A DNA stretch of 35,254 nt from Nemertoderma westbladi (taxonomy: Eukaryota; Animalia; Xenacoelomorpha), in contig JAUCBJ010003788.1 in assembly GCA_032718475.1 (NCBI GenBank), forward strand, positions 1 to 35,254, read 5' to 3'. How positions within the stretch are numbered: the stretch's first letter is position 1; each line of letters begins with the position of its first letter. The position numbers and the translations under genes were made by a program. Below, piece after piece: positions 1 through 13,080 of the stretch. The notes under the pieces were generated by a model, which saw only the letters and a program-made list of their open reading frames with translations, had not been told where the DNA came from and ran no database searches.

Positions 1-3000
1 ATTGTAGGCAGACCGACATTAAACTAACAGACTATTGTAGGCCGACTTACATTATAGCAACAGACTATTGTAGGCCGACCTACATTAAACCAACAGACTA
101 TTGTAGGCCGACCTACATTAAACCAAGAGGCTATTGTAGGCCGCCCTACATTAAACCAACAGACTATTAATTGTAGGCCGACCTACATTAAACCCACAGG
201 CTATTGTAGGCCAACCTGCATTAAACCAACTGACTATTGTAGGCCGACCGACATTAAACCAACAGACTATTGTAGGCAGACCGACATTAAACCAACAGAC
301 TTTTGTAAGCCGGCCTACATTAAACCAATAGACTATTGTAGGCCGACCTACATTAAACCAACAGACAATTGAAGGCAGACCGACATTAAACCAACAGGCT
401 ATTGTAGGCAGACCGAAATTAAACCAACAGGCTATTGTAGGCAGACCGAAATTAAACCAACAGGCTATTGTAGGCAGACCGACATTAAACCAACAGACTA
501 TTGAAGGCAGACCGACATTAAACCAACAGACTATTGTAGGCAGACCGACATTAAACCAACAGACTATTGAAGGCAGACCTGCATTAAACCAACAGACTAT
601 TGTAGGCCGACCTACATTAAACCAACAGACTATTGAAGGCAGACTTACATTAAACCAACAGACTATTGTAGGCAAACCGACATTAAACCAACAGACTATT
701 GTAGGCCGACCTACATTAAACCAACAGACTATTGTAGGCCGGCCTACATTAAACCAACAGACTATTGTAGGCCGACCTACATTAAACCAACAGACTATTG
801 TAGGCAGACCTACATTAAACCAACAGACTATTGAAGGCAGACCGACATTAAACCAACTGACTATTGTAGGCAGACCGACATTAAACTAACAGACTATTGT
901 AGGCCGACTTACATTATAGCAACAGACTATTGTAGGCCGACCTACATTAAACCAAGAGGCTATTGTAGGCCGACCTACATTAAACCAACAGACTATTGTA
1001 GGCAGACCGACATTAAACCAACAGACTATTGTAGGCCGACCTACATTAAACCAACAGACTATTGTAGGCAGACCAAAAATTAAACCAACAGACTATTGAA
1101 GGCAGACCGACATTAAACCAACTGACTATTGTAGGCAGACCGACATTAAACTAACAGACTATTGTAGGCCGACTTACATTATAGCAACAGACTATTGTAG
1201 GCCGACCTACATTAAACCAAGAGGCTATTGTAGGCCGACCTACATTAAACCAACAGACTATTGTAGGCAGACCGACATTAAACCAACAGACTATTGTAGG
1301 CAGACCGACATTAAACCAACAGACTATTGTAGGCAGACCGACATTAAACCAACTGACTATTGTAGGCAGACCGACATTAAACTAACAGACTATTGTAGGC
1401 CGACTTACATTATAGCAACAGACTATTGTAGGCCGACCTACATTAAACCAAGAGGCTATTGTAGGCCGACCTACATTAAACCAACAGACTATTGTAGGCA
1501 GACCGACATTAAACCAACAGACTATTGTAGGCAGACCGACATTAAACCAACAGACTATTGTAGGCAGACCGACATTAAACCAACTGACTATTGTAGGCCG
1601 ACTTACATTATAGCAACAGACTATTGTAGGCCGACCTACATTAAACCAACAGACTATTGTAGGCAGACCGACATTAAACCAACAGACTATTGTAGGCAGA
1701 CCGACATTAAACCAACAGACTATTGTAGGCAGACCGACATTAAACCAACAGACTATTGAAGGCAGACCGACATTAAACCAACAGACTATTGTAGGCAGAC
1801 CGAAATTAAACCAACAGGCTATTGTAGGCAGACCGACATTAAACCAACAGACTATTGAAGGCAGACCGACATTAAACCAACAGCCTATTGTAGGCCGACC
1901 TACATTAAACCAACAGACTATTGTAGGCAGACCGACATTAAACCAACTGACTATTGTAGGCAGACCGACATTAAACTAACAGACTATTGTAGGCCGACTT
2001 ACATTATAGCAACAGACTATTGTAGGCCGACCTACATTAAACCAAGAGGCTATTGTAGGCCGACCTACATTAAACCAAGAGGCTATTGTAGGCCGACCTA
2101 CATTAAACCAACAGACTATTGTAGGCAGACCGACATTAAACCAACAGACTATTGTAGGCAGACCGACATTAAACCAACTGACTATTGTAGGCAGACCGAC
2201 ATTAAACTAACAGACTATTGTAGGCCGACTTACATTATAGCAACAGACTATTGTAGGCCGACCTACATTAAACCAAGAGGCTATTGTAGGCCGACCTACA
2301 TTAAACCAACAGACTATTGTAGGCAGACCGACATTAAACCAACAGACTATTGTAGGCCGACCTACATTAAACCAACAGACTATTGAAGGCAGACTTACAT
2401 TAAACCAACAGACTATTGTAGGCAAACCGACATTAAACCAACAGACTATTGTAGGCCGACCTACATTAAACCAACAGACTATTGTAGGCAGACCGACATT
2501 AAACCAACAGACTATTGAAGGCAGACCGACATTAAACCAACTGACTATTGTAGGCAGACCGACATTAAACTAACAGACTATTGTAGGCCGACTTACATTA
2601 TAGCAACAGACTATTGTAGGCCGACCTACATTAAACCAAGAGGCTATTGTAGGCCGACCTACATTAAACCAACAGACTATTGTAGGCAGACCGACATTAA
2701 ACCAACAGACTATTGAAGGCAGACCGACATTAAACCAACAGACTATTGTAGGCAGACCGACATTAAACCAACAGACTATTGTAGGCAGACCGACATTAAA
2801 CCAACAGACTATTGTAGGCAGACCGACATTAAACCAACAGACTATTGTAGGCCGACCTACATTAAACCAACAGACTATTGTAGGCAGACCGACATTAAAC
2901 CAACAGACTATTGTAGGCCGACCTACATTAAACCAAGAGGCTATTGTAGGCCGACCTACATTAAACCAACAGACTATTGTAGGCAGACCGACATTAAACC

Positions 3001-4500
3001 AACAGACTATTGAAGGCAGACCGACATTAAACCAACAGACTATTGTAGGCAGACCGACATTAAACCAACAGACTATTGTAGGCAGACCGACATTAAACCA
3101 ACAGACTATTGTAGGCAGACCGACATTAAACCAACAGACTATTGTAGGCAGACCGACATTAAACCAACAGACTATTGTAGGCAGACCGACATTAAACCAA
3201 CAGACTATTGTAGGCCGACTTACATTAAACCAACAGACTATTGTAGGCAGACCGACATTAAACCAACAGACTATTGTAGGCAGACCGACATTAAACCAAC
3301 AGACTATTGTAGGCAGACCGACATTAAACCAACAGACTATTGTAGGCAGACCGACATTAAACCAACAGACTATTGTAGGCAGACCGACATTAAACCAACA
3401 GACTATTGTAGGCCGACCTACATTAAACCAACAGACTATTGAAGGCAGACCGACATTAAACCAACAGACTATTGTAGGCAGACCGACATTAAACCAACAG
3501 ACTATTGTAGGCCGACCGACATTAAACCAACAGACTATTGTAGGCAGACCGACATTAAACCAACAGACTATTGTAGGCCGACCTACATTAAACCAACAGA
3601 CTATTGTAGGCAGACCGACATTAAACCAACAGACTATTGTAGGCAGACCGACATTAAACCAACAGACTATTGTAGGCAGACCGACATTAAACCAACAGAC
3701 TATTGTAGGCCGACTTACATTAAACCAACAGACTATTGTAGGCAGACCGACATTAAACCAACAGACTATTGTAGGCAGACCGACATTAAACCAACAGACT
3801 ATTGTAGGCAGACCGACATTAAACCAACAGACTATTGTAGGCCGACTTACATTAAACCAACAGCCTATTGTAGGCCGACCTACATTAAACCAAGAGGCTA
3901 TTGTAGGCCGACCTACATTAAACCAACAGACTATTGTAGGCAGACCGACATTAAACCAACAGACTATTGTAGGCAGACCGACATTAAACCAACAGACTAT
4001 TGAAGGCAGACCGACATTAAACCAACAGACTATTGTAGGCAGACCGACATTAAACCAACAGACTATTGTAGGCCGACCGACATTAAACCAACAGACTATT
4101 GTAGGCAGACCGACATTAAACCAACAGACTATTGAAGGCAGACCGACATTAAACCAACAGACTATTGAAGGCAGACCGACATTAAACCAACAGACTATTG
4201 AAGGCAGACCGACATTAAACCAACAGACTATTGTAGGCAGACCGACATTAAACCAACAGACTATTGAAGGCAGACCGACATTAAACCAACAGACTATTGA
4301 AGGCAGACCGACATTAAACCAACAGACTATTGAAGGCAGACCGACATTAAACCAACAGACTATTGAAGGCAGACCGACATTAAACCAACAGACTATTGAA
4401 GGCAGACCGACATTAAACCAACAGACTATTGAAGGCAGACCGACATTAAACCAACAGACTATTGAAGGCAGACCGACATTAAACCAACAGACTATTGAAG
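1..4500. repeat. 33-bp minisatellite array (~136 units, open at the window edge)
   Basis: Consensus ATTGTAGGCAGACCGACATTAAACCAACAGACT repeats head-to-tail with a few recurrent variants. It explains the minus-strand CWFNVGLPTIV ORFs. Confidence 0.98.
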
Positions 4501-5681
4501 TGTACATTCGACTTCGCTCGACCCCGTCAGACCTTACCGATCAAACAATGTCCTGGGTCTTCGGACTGGGATACGTGGTATTCGCTATCACCACGGTGTT
4601 CGGTGGACTGCTGGCGGAGCGGTTTGGCTCGCGAGTCGCTGTCCTATTGGGTGCCGTGTGTCTCAGTGGGGGAACGTTCCTTTGTTACCCAGCGGTCCTT
4701 CAAGGATTCACGCTGTTTCTTCTGGTCTACGGAGTGGTGATGAACGCGGGGATGGGTTTCAGTTACGTACCGCCCTTCACGGTCGCCCAGATGTGGTTCC
4801 CCAACAATAAGGCCCTCGCCACCGGTTTAGTGATTAGCGGTTTCGGTGTTGGCTCTCTCATCTTCAATGAGGTACAAACTCTCTACATAAACCCCGACAA
4901 TCTTGTGCCGGACTTTGAAGACCCTAGCGATCCTGGAATCATGTATTTCACACAAAAGGAAATTCTCGACAATGTTCCAAACTGTTTTATTGTTTTAGGC
5001 GTTAGTTACTCGGTTCTGCAATTCTTTGGTCTTCTGCTAATGAAAGATAAAAAAGTTGAGTCTTCTGAGATGTCGATCAATAATAATGTAGATGTTCCAC
5101 CTAAGAAGATGCTGAAAACCATTCTATTTTGGCAGTTGTATGTTTTCTACGGAATTGAGTTTCTAGTTGTTGCATTTATAACGAGTCTGTACAAAGCGTA
5201 TGGTCAGACATTCATTGACGATGATCATTTTTTGGCGGGTATTGGTTCTGCTACTTGCGTTGCTAACGCTATCGGTCGAGTCATTTTTGGTTATGTGGGC
5301 GATCGATTTGGCTTGAAACCAACATTAGGTGCGCTGTATGCCGCCTTTACCGTGATATGTTTCACCATGCCATTGTGCCCGTACGGCGGTCGCTGGATGT
5401 TACTATTTTGGCTGTTTATCGCTTTCTTAGCTATGGCTGGCACCACAGCCATCTTCCCAGCTATGACAACTTTATCTTTCGGAGAAAAGCGTGCCTCTTC
5501 TAATTTTGGGATTTTCTGTACCTCTGTGGTATTCTCAGGGGCTTTAGCCCCTTTGTTGGCGACGTTACTAGAGCAAAGTTTTGGTTGGCCCGTGACTTTC
5601 ATTGCGTGTGGTCTCCTTTTGGGGGGCTGTTTTCTGGCAATTCTATTTATGAAATTTAATGAGTTTAATCAACATTCGTAA
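4500..5681 (+). CDS. MFS transporter, oxalate:formate antiporter (OFA)/SLC16-like; N-terminal TM1 missing from this ORF
   Basis: 393-aa ORF with many hydrophobic helices. It has MFS motif A-like GGLLAERFGSR and GRVIFGYVGDRFG, plus WFPNNKALATGLVISGFGVGSLIF and YINPDN typical of animal OFA-like proteins. The start YIRLRSTPSDLT resembles the loop after TM1, so the true start lies elsewhere. Confidence 0.85.
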   Translation: MYIRLRSTPSDLTDQTMSWVFGLGYVVFAITTVFGGLLAERFGSRVAVLLGAVCLSGGTFLCYPAVLQGFTLFLLVYGVVMNAGMGFSYVPPFTVAQMWFPNNKALATGLVISGFGVGSLIFNEVQTLYINPDNLVPDFEDPSDPGIMYFTQKEILDNVPNCFIVLGVSYSVLQFFGLLLMKDKKVESSEMSINNNVDVPPKKMLKTILFWQLYVFYGIEFLVVAFITSLYKAYGQTFIDDDHFLAGIGSATCVANAIGRVIFGYVGDRFGLKPTLGALYAAFTVICFTMPLCPYGGRWMLLFWLFIAFLAMAGTTAIFPAMTTLSFGEKRASSNFGIFCTSVVFSGALAPLLATLLEQSFGWPVTFIACGLLLGGCFLAILFMKFNEFNQHS

Positions 5682-6928
5682 GTGATATGGGGCGAGACAT
5701 GGCTGGACAGAGCCTTCAGCAGGATATAACTATTAGATTGGGTGGATTCTGATATGGGTGTTGGTTGGTTGTTATGGAGTTTGTTTGTGTGGTCAAATTA
5801 ATTGAAAAATTCCCTTACAAAATCAGATGAACTTGGATATAGGTCTACAGGTCTATTATCTACCGGTACCTGCGCTAAAATCAAGTAATCATTACGAATT
5901 GCAATTAATTACCTTTTGCATAATAGTTCACATTTGCTGAAATGCTTACCCACTAACTGCTCTGATACCTCAAATCTTGTTATTAGAGTGTTGTTGTTCA
6001 TTTTGTGCTACTATAATTTACGTAATAAGATAATTTGTAAATAAATTCATATATTTTGTTATATGCGTTTACTATATTCATAAATTATTTGTATTATTCG
6101 CATAATTAAATTCAATCAAATTATTATGTAATTTTTTATCAATGTGGAGAAAATTTATTTACTCAGATTTGGAATAATGTTGTAGAATATTATATCATTT
6201 TTGGGATTGTGCTAATATAAGTTCAACTAGTTTTTCTTGCTAGGATTATTAGATCATAAACTGATCGTAAACTACGCTTCAATTAGTTTATTGTTTTGGT
6301 TAGAATAACGTGCCACTGTAAACGGCTCCTTTCCCTAAATTGGTCATTTCAAAATTAAGACGAAATATTAATTTAGCGGATGACAGTTTAGCCCATTTCA
6401 TATTAAACATATAGTTTGTTATGCACTCTGTACGTGTTGAATGGGACAAACTAACAATCTAAGGATCTTTTTGTGGAATCTTGTTCATATCGATTACTGC
6501 AAGGCTACAATAGCTTTTAGATATAGGTATGAAATCGCAAAACGGATCATATTGAGAAACTGTTACGTGGGAACCAAAATGGGTTCCGTAAAGATCTTGG
6601 GGCATTGGAGCCTATTCTGGCGCTTATGAGGATAATTGAAGAGCTATCAACAAATAAATCAGAGATCTGGCCTTGATTGCCTTTGATCATTCTCTCCACC
6701 ACGTAATTAATGTTGGGATGTAATGAGATAATAAAACAAAAAAAACTATTTTTTCGACAAATCCAATAACTATATGCGATTTACTAAGAACAATATTTAT
6801 TAAACCTTTAGGCGCGTTTCTGGTGTCACTGCCACAATTTAAATTTTTGTGTTTTTTAGACAGTGATAGTTTGGTAGTATTTATTGTTTTAATATCAAAT
6901 TTAATACTTAAAAAATTATGATGCCTAG

Positions 6929-8298
6929 TAATAACTATTTACATACTTGTGTGTAAAGTAGCACTTTACAGTGTGATGATCCGAGTGACTTTGTTACCTC
7001 GAAAGAACGTTAGTGAGTGAGTGAAAATAAAGCCACAAGGATCAGAACACTGTATAAAGTACTTTGCAACAAGTATGTAAGTAGTTTTATTCCAAAATTT
7101 TAACATTACAAAATGATTGTACATATATTATAAGCTTATATTGTAACTGCACAAATTAAATTAGTTGCTGTATAAATAAATGTAAAAATGACATAAATTT
7201 TGTTATAAATAAGTTAGCTTATATTTATGGTGGCGTTTGGAGCCATGTTAATTATTTATAGCTACTGGTTATTAAGTTATTAACAGCTATACCCTGCCTA
7301 CAGGTAGGTAATGCATTAGGCCTATCTGGCTGTCAGGCAAATACCACCCATTGTTTACGTGGTAACCAATGACGGCGTTAAGTAATGTTCTCTAAGGGGA
7401 CATTACTTAACTACTAACTACCGGGTGTTCCATAATGATTTCCCTCCCCTGGCCAGCCAAAACTGCCAGACATGTACTTTAGTGTAATATATCATTTGAA
7501 AGAGAATTTATTTCTGAGCTTGCATGCAAAAATGTAGGGTCCAATACAAAAGTATAAAAATTGTATAGGCAATTCTTTAAACCTATCTTATTTTTCAATA
7601 TTTTTGATTTAATCGTAATTTAAAAAAATATAATTTATCCAGCGCGTTAGTCATCAGCTTTGCAGGTTGCAACCTGTTTAAACAGTTATTACTGCCTGAC
7701 TTTTGCTGTATTGAAATTTATTACAGTATTCAATTACCGGTATTAGTGCTTCTTTATTAGTTTTACTGAATTAGGCCTAAAAGAAGTAATAAAAATGACA
7801 AGTTCCAGTGCAATCTTCAATGACTGAAGAAAAACGTATGGATGACAGGATCACAGATGTTACTTTTAGAGAGGGTCGTGATTCTGTGGCATAATCAAAC
7901 TGAACTCAAACCAAAACGACCCTTTTAAGGGCCAACATCGTGCTGCAAAGGGGAAGCATGGCTGTAAATCTGATGACTAACGCTGGACAAATTATATTTT
8001 TTTAATTGTGATTAAATCACAAATATTGAAAAGTAAGATAGGTTTAAAGAATAGCCTATACAATTTTTATACTTTTGTAACGGACCCTAAATTTTTGCAT
8101 GCAAGCTCAGAATTAAATTCTCTTTCGAATGATATATTACACTAATGTGCATGTCTGGCAGGTTTGGCTGGCCAGGGGGGGGGGGGGGGGCAATCATTAT
8201 GGAACACCCGGTATATGTCCTCAAAAGTTGTAAAATGCTAAATAACCACTCGCTGTTAATACTAACGACGTTGAGTAATGTTACAATTTTGGAATAAA
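6929..8298. mobile_element. Putative palindromic non-autonomous DNA element, interrupted by a MITE
   Basis: Imperfect hairpin 6929-6982/7038-7091. Inverted pair TTTATTCCAAAATTTTAACATTAC (~7087) / GTAATGTTACAATTTTGGAATAAA (~8275). Internal hairpin at ~7378-7409. Confidence 0.45.
7421..8211. mobile_element. Tc1/mariner-type MITE with ~240-bp terminal inverted repeats
   Basis: TA|CCGGGTGTTCCATAATGATT ... AATCATTATGGAACACCCGG|TA. The inverted arms are 7421-~7657 and ~7970-8211, with a TA target-site duplication and no coding capacity. Confidence 0.88.
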
Positions 8299-8411
8299 TA
8301 ATATATAAATCATTATAAACAACTCACTATAAATTTATTTAAATATTGTATACCGGTACTAGGTGAATAATATGTTTCAGTTCTTATTCATTCATCTAAT
8401 CGCATCTGTAT

Positions 8412-9580
8412 CATGTACCAGCACAGCACACACGTTTCAGCTCGTTTAACAACCACACCCACCCCACCCTACTATATGTACCAGCACAGCACACACGTTT
8501 CAGCTCGTTTAACAACCACAGCCACCCCACCCTACTATATGTACCAGCACAGCACACACGTTTCAGCTCGTTTAACAACCACAGCCACCCCACCCTACTA
8601 TATGTACCAGCACAGCACACACGTTTCAGCTCGTTTAACAACCACAGCCACCCCACCCTACTATATGTACCAGCACAGCACACACGTTTCAGCTCGTTTA
8701 ACAACCACAGCCACCCCACCCTACTATATGTACCAGCACAGCACACACGTTTCAGCTCGTTTAACAACCGCAGCCACCCCACCCTACTATATGTACCAGC
8801 ACAGCACACACGCTTCAGCTCGTTTAACAACCACAGCCACCCCACCCTACTATATGTACCAGCACAGCACACACGTTTCAGCTCGTTTAACAACCACAGC
8901 CACCCCACCCTACTATATGTACCAGCACAGCACACACGTTTCAGCTCGTTTAACCATCACAGCCACCCCACCCTACTATATGTGCCATGTACCAGCACAG
9001 CACACACGTTTCAGCTCGTTTAACAACCGCAGCCACCCCACCCTACTATATGTGCCAGCACAGCACACACGTTTCAGCTCGTTTAACAACCACAGCCACC
9101 CCACCCTACTATATGTACCAGCACAACACACACGTTTCAGCTCGTTTAACAACCACAGCCACCCCACCCTACTATATGTGCCATGTACCAGCACAGCACA
9201 CACGTTTCAGCTCGTTTAACAACCACAGCCACCCCACCCTACTATATGTACCAGCACAACACACACGTTTCAGCTCGTTTAACAACCACACCCACCCACC
9301 CTACTATATGTGCCAGCACAGCACACACGTTTCAGCTCGTTTAACAACCACAGCCACCCCACCCTACTATATGTGCCATGTACCAGCACAGCACACACGT
9401 TTCAGCTCGTTTAACAACCACAGCCACCCCACCCTACTATAAGTACCAGCACAGCACACACGTTTCAGCTCGTTTAACAACCACAGCCACCCCACCCTAC
9501 TATATGTACCAGCACAGCACACACGTTTCAGCTCGTTTAACAACCGCACCCACCCCACCCTACTATATGTGCCATGCACC
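8412..9580. repeat. 63-bp minisatellite (~18 units)
   Basis: Unit ATGTACCAGCACAGCACACACGTTTCAGCTCGTTTAACAACCACAGCCACCCCACCCTACTAT. 7-bp insertion variants occur near 8981, 9178, 9372 and 9569. Confidence 0.97.
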
Positions 9581-10165
9581 TTTATTGCGTTCATTAATAT
9601 TTGGAATATCTGTCCTATTTTTAAACCATAACGGCCATATTACACCCAGCACGAGATTGTAAATTGCATGGAATAACTCAATATACTCAAAGTACATAGA
9701 TATAGTGTTCCACAGATAAAGGCCTTTATTATAGGCAGTGATTTTTTATGTCCTTTTATTTGACTTTTTTTCTCCTCCTTTTTTTACGAATTGTGCATAA
9801 TGACTTTTGTTGTCCTTTTAATGACTTTTATTGTCCTTTTAATGACTTTTTATGTATGTATTTCTTCAAACTGTCAGACTGCTGATTTGTGGACTGTCAG
9901 ACAGTTGATTTCAACATGCCTATGCCTATGCCAAAACATTCAAAATTTGTTGATTTCTGGTCTGTCGGACAGTTGGTTTCACTATGCCTGTGCCAAAACA
10001 TTCCATGATTCCATGATTTATAGACTATGAGATAGAATTCCATATGCGCCTGTGTTAAAAGACTCTAAATTTAATAGTTTGTGGTTATTGTCGATAATCG
10101 ATTACCACATGACGTAGCCAAACACAGTAATAGCCAATAACAGCCAAAAACAATTACCAATTGAT

Positions 10166-10753
10166 GGAAAGGAGCAGGTTAAGGCCGGATTTTCTAACCA
10201 AAACAATAAACAGTCACTTTACCAAATCAGGGAAAGGAGCAGGTTACAGAGGCGGGATTTTCTAACCAAAACAATAAACGATCATTTAACTAATTGAAGG
10301 AAAGGAGCAGGTTACAGAGACGGGATTTTCTAACCAAAACAATAAACGATAACATTACCAATTGAGAGAAAGGAGCAGGTTACAGATGCGGGATTTTCTA
10401 ACCAAAACAATAAACAGTCACTTTACCAAATCAGGGAAAGGAGCAGGTTACAGAGACGGGATTTTCTAACCAAAACAATAAACGATAACATTACCAATTG
10501 AGAGAAAGGAGCAGGTTACAGTGGCGGGATTTCCTAACCAAAACAATAAACGATCACTTAATTAATTGAGGGAAAGGGGTAGGTTACAGAGGCGGGATTT
10601 TCTAACCAAAACAATAATCAGTCACTTTACAAAATGAAGGAAAGGAGCAGGTTACAGAGGCGGGATTTTCTAACCAAAACAATATACGGTCACTTTACCA
10701 AATCAGGCAAAGGAGCAGGTTACAGATGAGGCGGGATTTTCTAACCAAAACAA
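10166..10753. repeat. ~68-bp tandem repeat (9 units)
   Basis: Recurrent GAAAGGAGCAGGTTACAGAGGCGGGATTTTCTAACCAAAACAATAAAC followed by a ~20-bp more variable but related segment. Confidence 0.93.
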
Positions 10754-11208
10754 CCGGTCAGCCGGTAGGCCTACCAGTACCGTATTTAAATGGTAGGCTA
10801 CACAGTAGGCCTACAGCAGTACCGGTGCCGGCACCGGTACTAAAATACAGAAATGCCTGCTTTATACCTACATCTGTACATACAATGCAGCAAAATAGTG
10901 CTATATATACTAATACCGGTATTGATAGCCTGAGAGAACAGCAGTAGAGAAACCGGTAGCATGGAACCTAACATTAGATTTTTGGAGGACATAAAAAATA
11001 AAAAAAAGGACAAAAAAAGGATTTAAACGGACAATAAAAATTATTGCGTTTATTATAGCCCCATTTTGAGCCTACTCTCTTCAAAGAGCCCCAGCAGTCC
11101 ATTCATTACAACATCTCATCTAAACAAACAAGTTGGGTTGGCTTTTAATTATTTAAACACTAAGCCATGTCCTTCACCAAATTAGTGGCCTATTTCGTAA
11201 CATATATC

Positions 11209-12498
11209 CTACTGATCAACATATCCACATGCGAATAAAGTCATGAGAGTGAATATAAAAGGCAGAATAGTCAGACTAAGAAGTGAAGCGGATATTTGGA
11301 ATCCGAAATAATCACTTAGAATACCGCCAAATAGCGCACCAAGTAAAGCACCAACGGCAAATGAGATTCTAAGTGCTTGTTGTAGAACAGCCCTTGTATC
11401 AATGTTGTCAGGGTGACCGCAGACCCTCACAGCCAGACGAGTTTGTGTTTCAAACGCTGGAATCTGCATTATCGCGGCTCCCAATCCAATGATGACCATC
11501 GAACTAAGTGAAATGGATAAGGAGTGAGGTAAACCAAGTATCTCAGTCGGCCCTACTAGTTGCATTGAACCGAGCAGTATCGTTGTACCAATTACAGTTG
11601 GGTAAATTGTCTTGAAATTGTATTTCTTAATCAAAAGAGTTATTATGACAGCTATACAAGATTCGAACCCTGGATGTATCATATATGCTAAACCAATATT
11701 ATATTGATTGACATGATAGTAGTAGTGAATATAAGACGAGTAATAAGCCATTACAAAATATGTCACCATCGTAAGATAGAGGTGATGAATATATATTATC
11801 GTAATTGCCGGGTTCTTCAGCAATCCAAGATATGTTGGTCGTTCCTCATTAGATTCATGTCTATCGTAAAGGTAAGGAGGAGCCTCGTACCAACAGTAAA
11901 GAACACCAGTGAGAAATATCAAACTCGATATGATAAATGGATATTCAAAACCCAGGGAAGCGAACAAAGAGGATCCAAATACTGGTGCGATAGCATATCC
12001 TGCAGTACCAATTACAAGAGATATACCAGCTAAGAAACTTCTGTGGTTTTGGCATCAATTCCATTAATAAATTGTAGGAGTAAGTGTAACATATGTTTAG
12101 ACCAATTCCTATTAGTAGTCGCAGCAAAAAACATGTGAATATATGTCCGGTGTTGTTGGGAATGTATTCTACAAATCCAAAAAGCAGCTGGGATGTCGTT
12201 CCTATGACGCCAAATATTCCTAAAGAAATTCGCGATCCCCAGTTGGTGATGGAATGTGGGAAAACAATGTAAAGAATAACCTGGACGAGGGGATAAATTG
12301 CAAACAAGGAACCAATGAGGGTCTTAGACCAGCCACGCTTTCCTACAACGATAGGGAAAAATGATTCCAGAAGGTTCATACCCCATCCTGGTATTAACTG
12401 GATTAACTGATCATCAATATAATGACCAACACAGTAAGTCTCCATCCATGAAGTCTATTTGTTGGAGTTTGGTAAAGGGAAGTTGATTCATCTAGCAT
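11209..12498 (-). pseudogene. SLC18B1-like MFS transporter, intronless, two frameshifts
   Basis: Reconstructed from ATG 12498: MLDESTS...LTVLVIILMIQLIPGWGMNLLESFFP...CFLLRLLIGIG...MPNHRSFLAGISLVIGTAGYAIAPVFGSSLFASLGFEYPF..., matching the SLC18B1 pattern (PFFP, CF-R, GFEYPF). It requires removing an 8-bp insertion (~12402-12409) and one base in TTTT 12047-12050. Confidence 0.8.
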
Positions 12499-13080
12499 TA
12501 TGAATAATTTAGATCAATTATAAATTCAATTTTAGCCTTAGTGGCTCTAAAAATACTGTGAATTCCGCAACTGTGAATTCCGAACTGAGTGATAAGTTTA
12601 CCGGGGCGAGGATGACTCTTGACGCAATCAAATGGTACTGTAACCTGTGTTTGTGTTATTGGCTCTCGTTTATTATTTTGTAATCTGTAGTTGAAGTTAA
12701 CAATATTAATTCCACGAGATGTAATTTATTTCAATAGTCACTCCGTCTCGACCTCGAGTTTAACTATTTAATGCAACAATAATGGTTTAAGAGAGAGTTA
12801 TGGAGGATTCTCCTTCTTCAACTATCCTCTTATAAAAAGGTAATAAAATATCATACCATCATCTGCTGAAAGATATGTTGGTAATTGGAGTTGCCATAGT
12901 TTACAATTATTGCAACATGCCATGCTGTCTCCGATTTACTTATCGGCCATAAAGTATTCAATGTTTTTTTTAATTACGTAAACCCATTCAACAATAACTC
13001 AGGCAATATGAAATTGGAGGCTAAATGGGGTGAATGGTGGATCCGTAGGTCATGACCCATGAGTCACAGAGATACATTAT

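Noticed and set aside
151-4507. Minus-strand ORFs of CWFNVGLPTIV repeats as real proteins
   Set aside because: By-product of a 33-bp unit lacking stops in that frame, with non-ATG starts and no non-repetitive domain.
8411-9662. ORFs in the 63-bp array (MYQHSTHV..., CCAGTYSR...)
   Set aside because: Open on both strands and in several frames, and broken by 7-bp indel variants. This is typical of a non-coding minisatellite.
10166-10753. CRISPR-like array (constant part plus variable part)
   Set aside because: The variable segments are homologous to each other and recur, the repeats are degenerate, there are no cas genes, and the context is eukaryotic.
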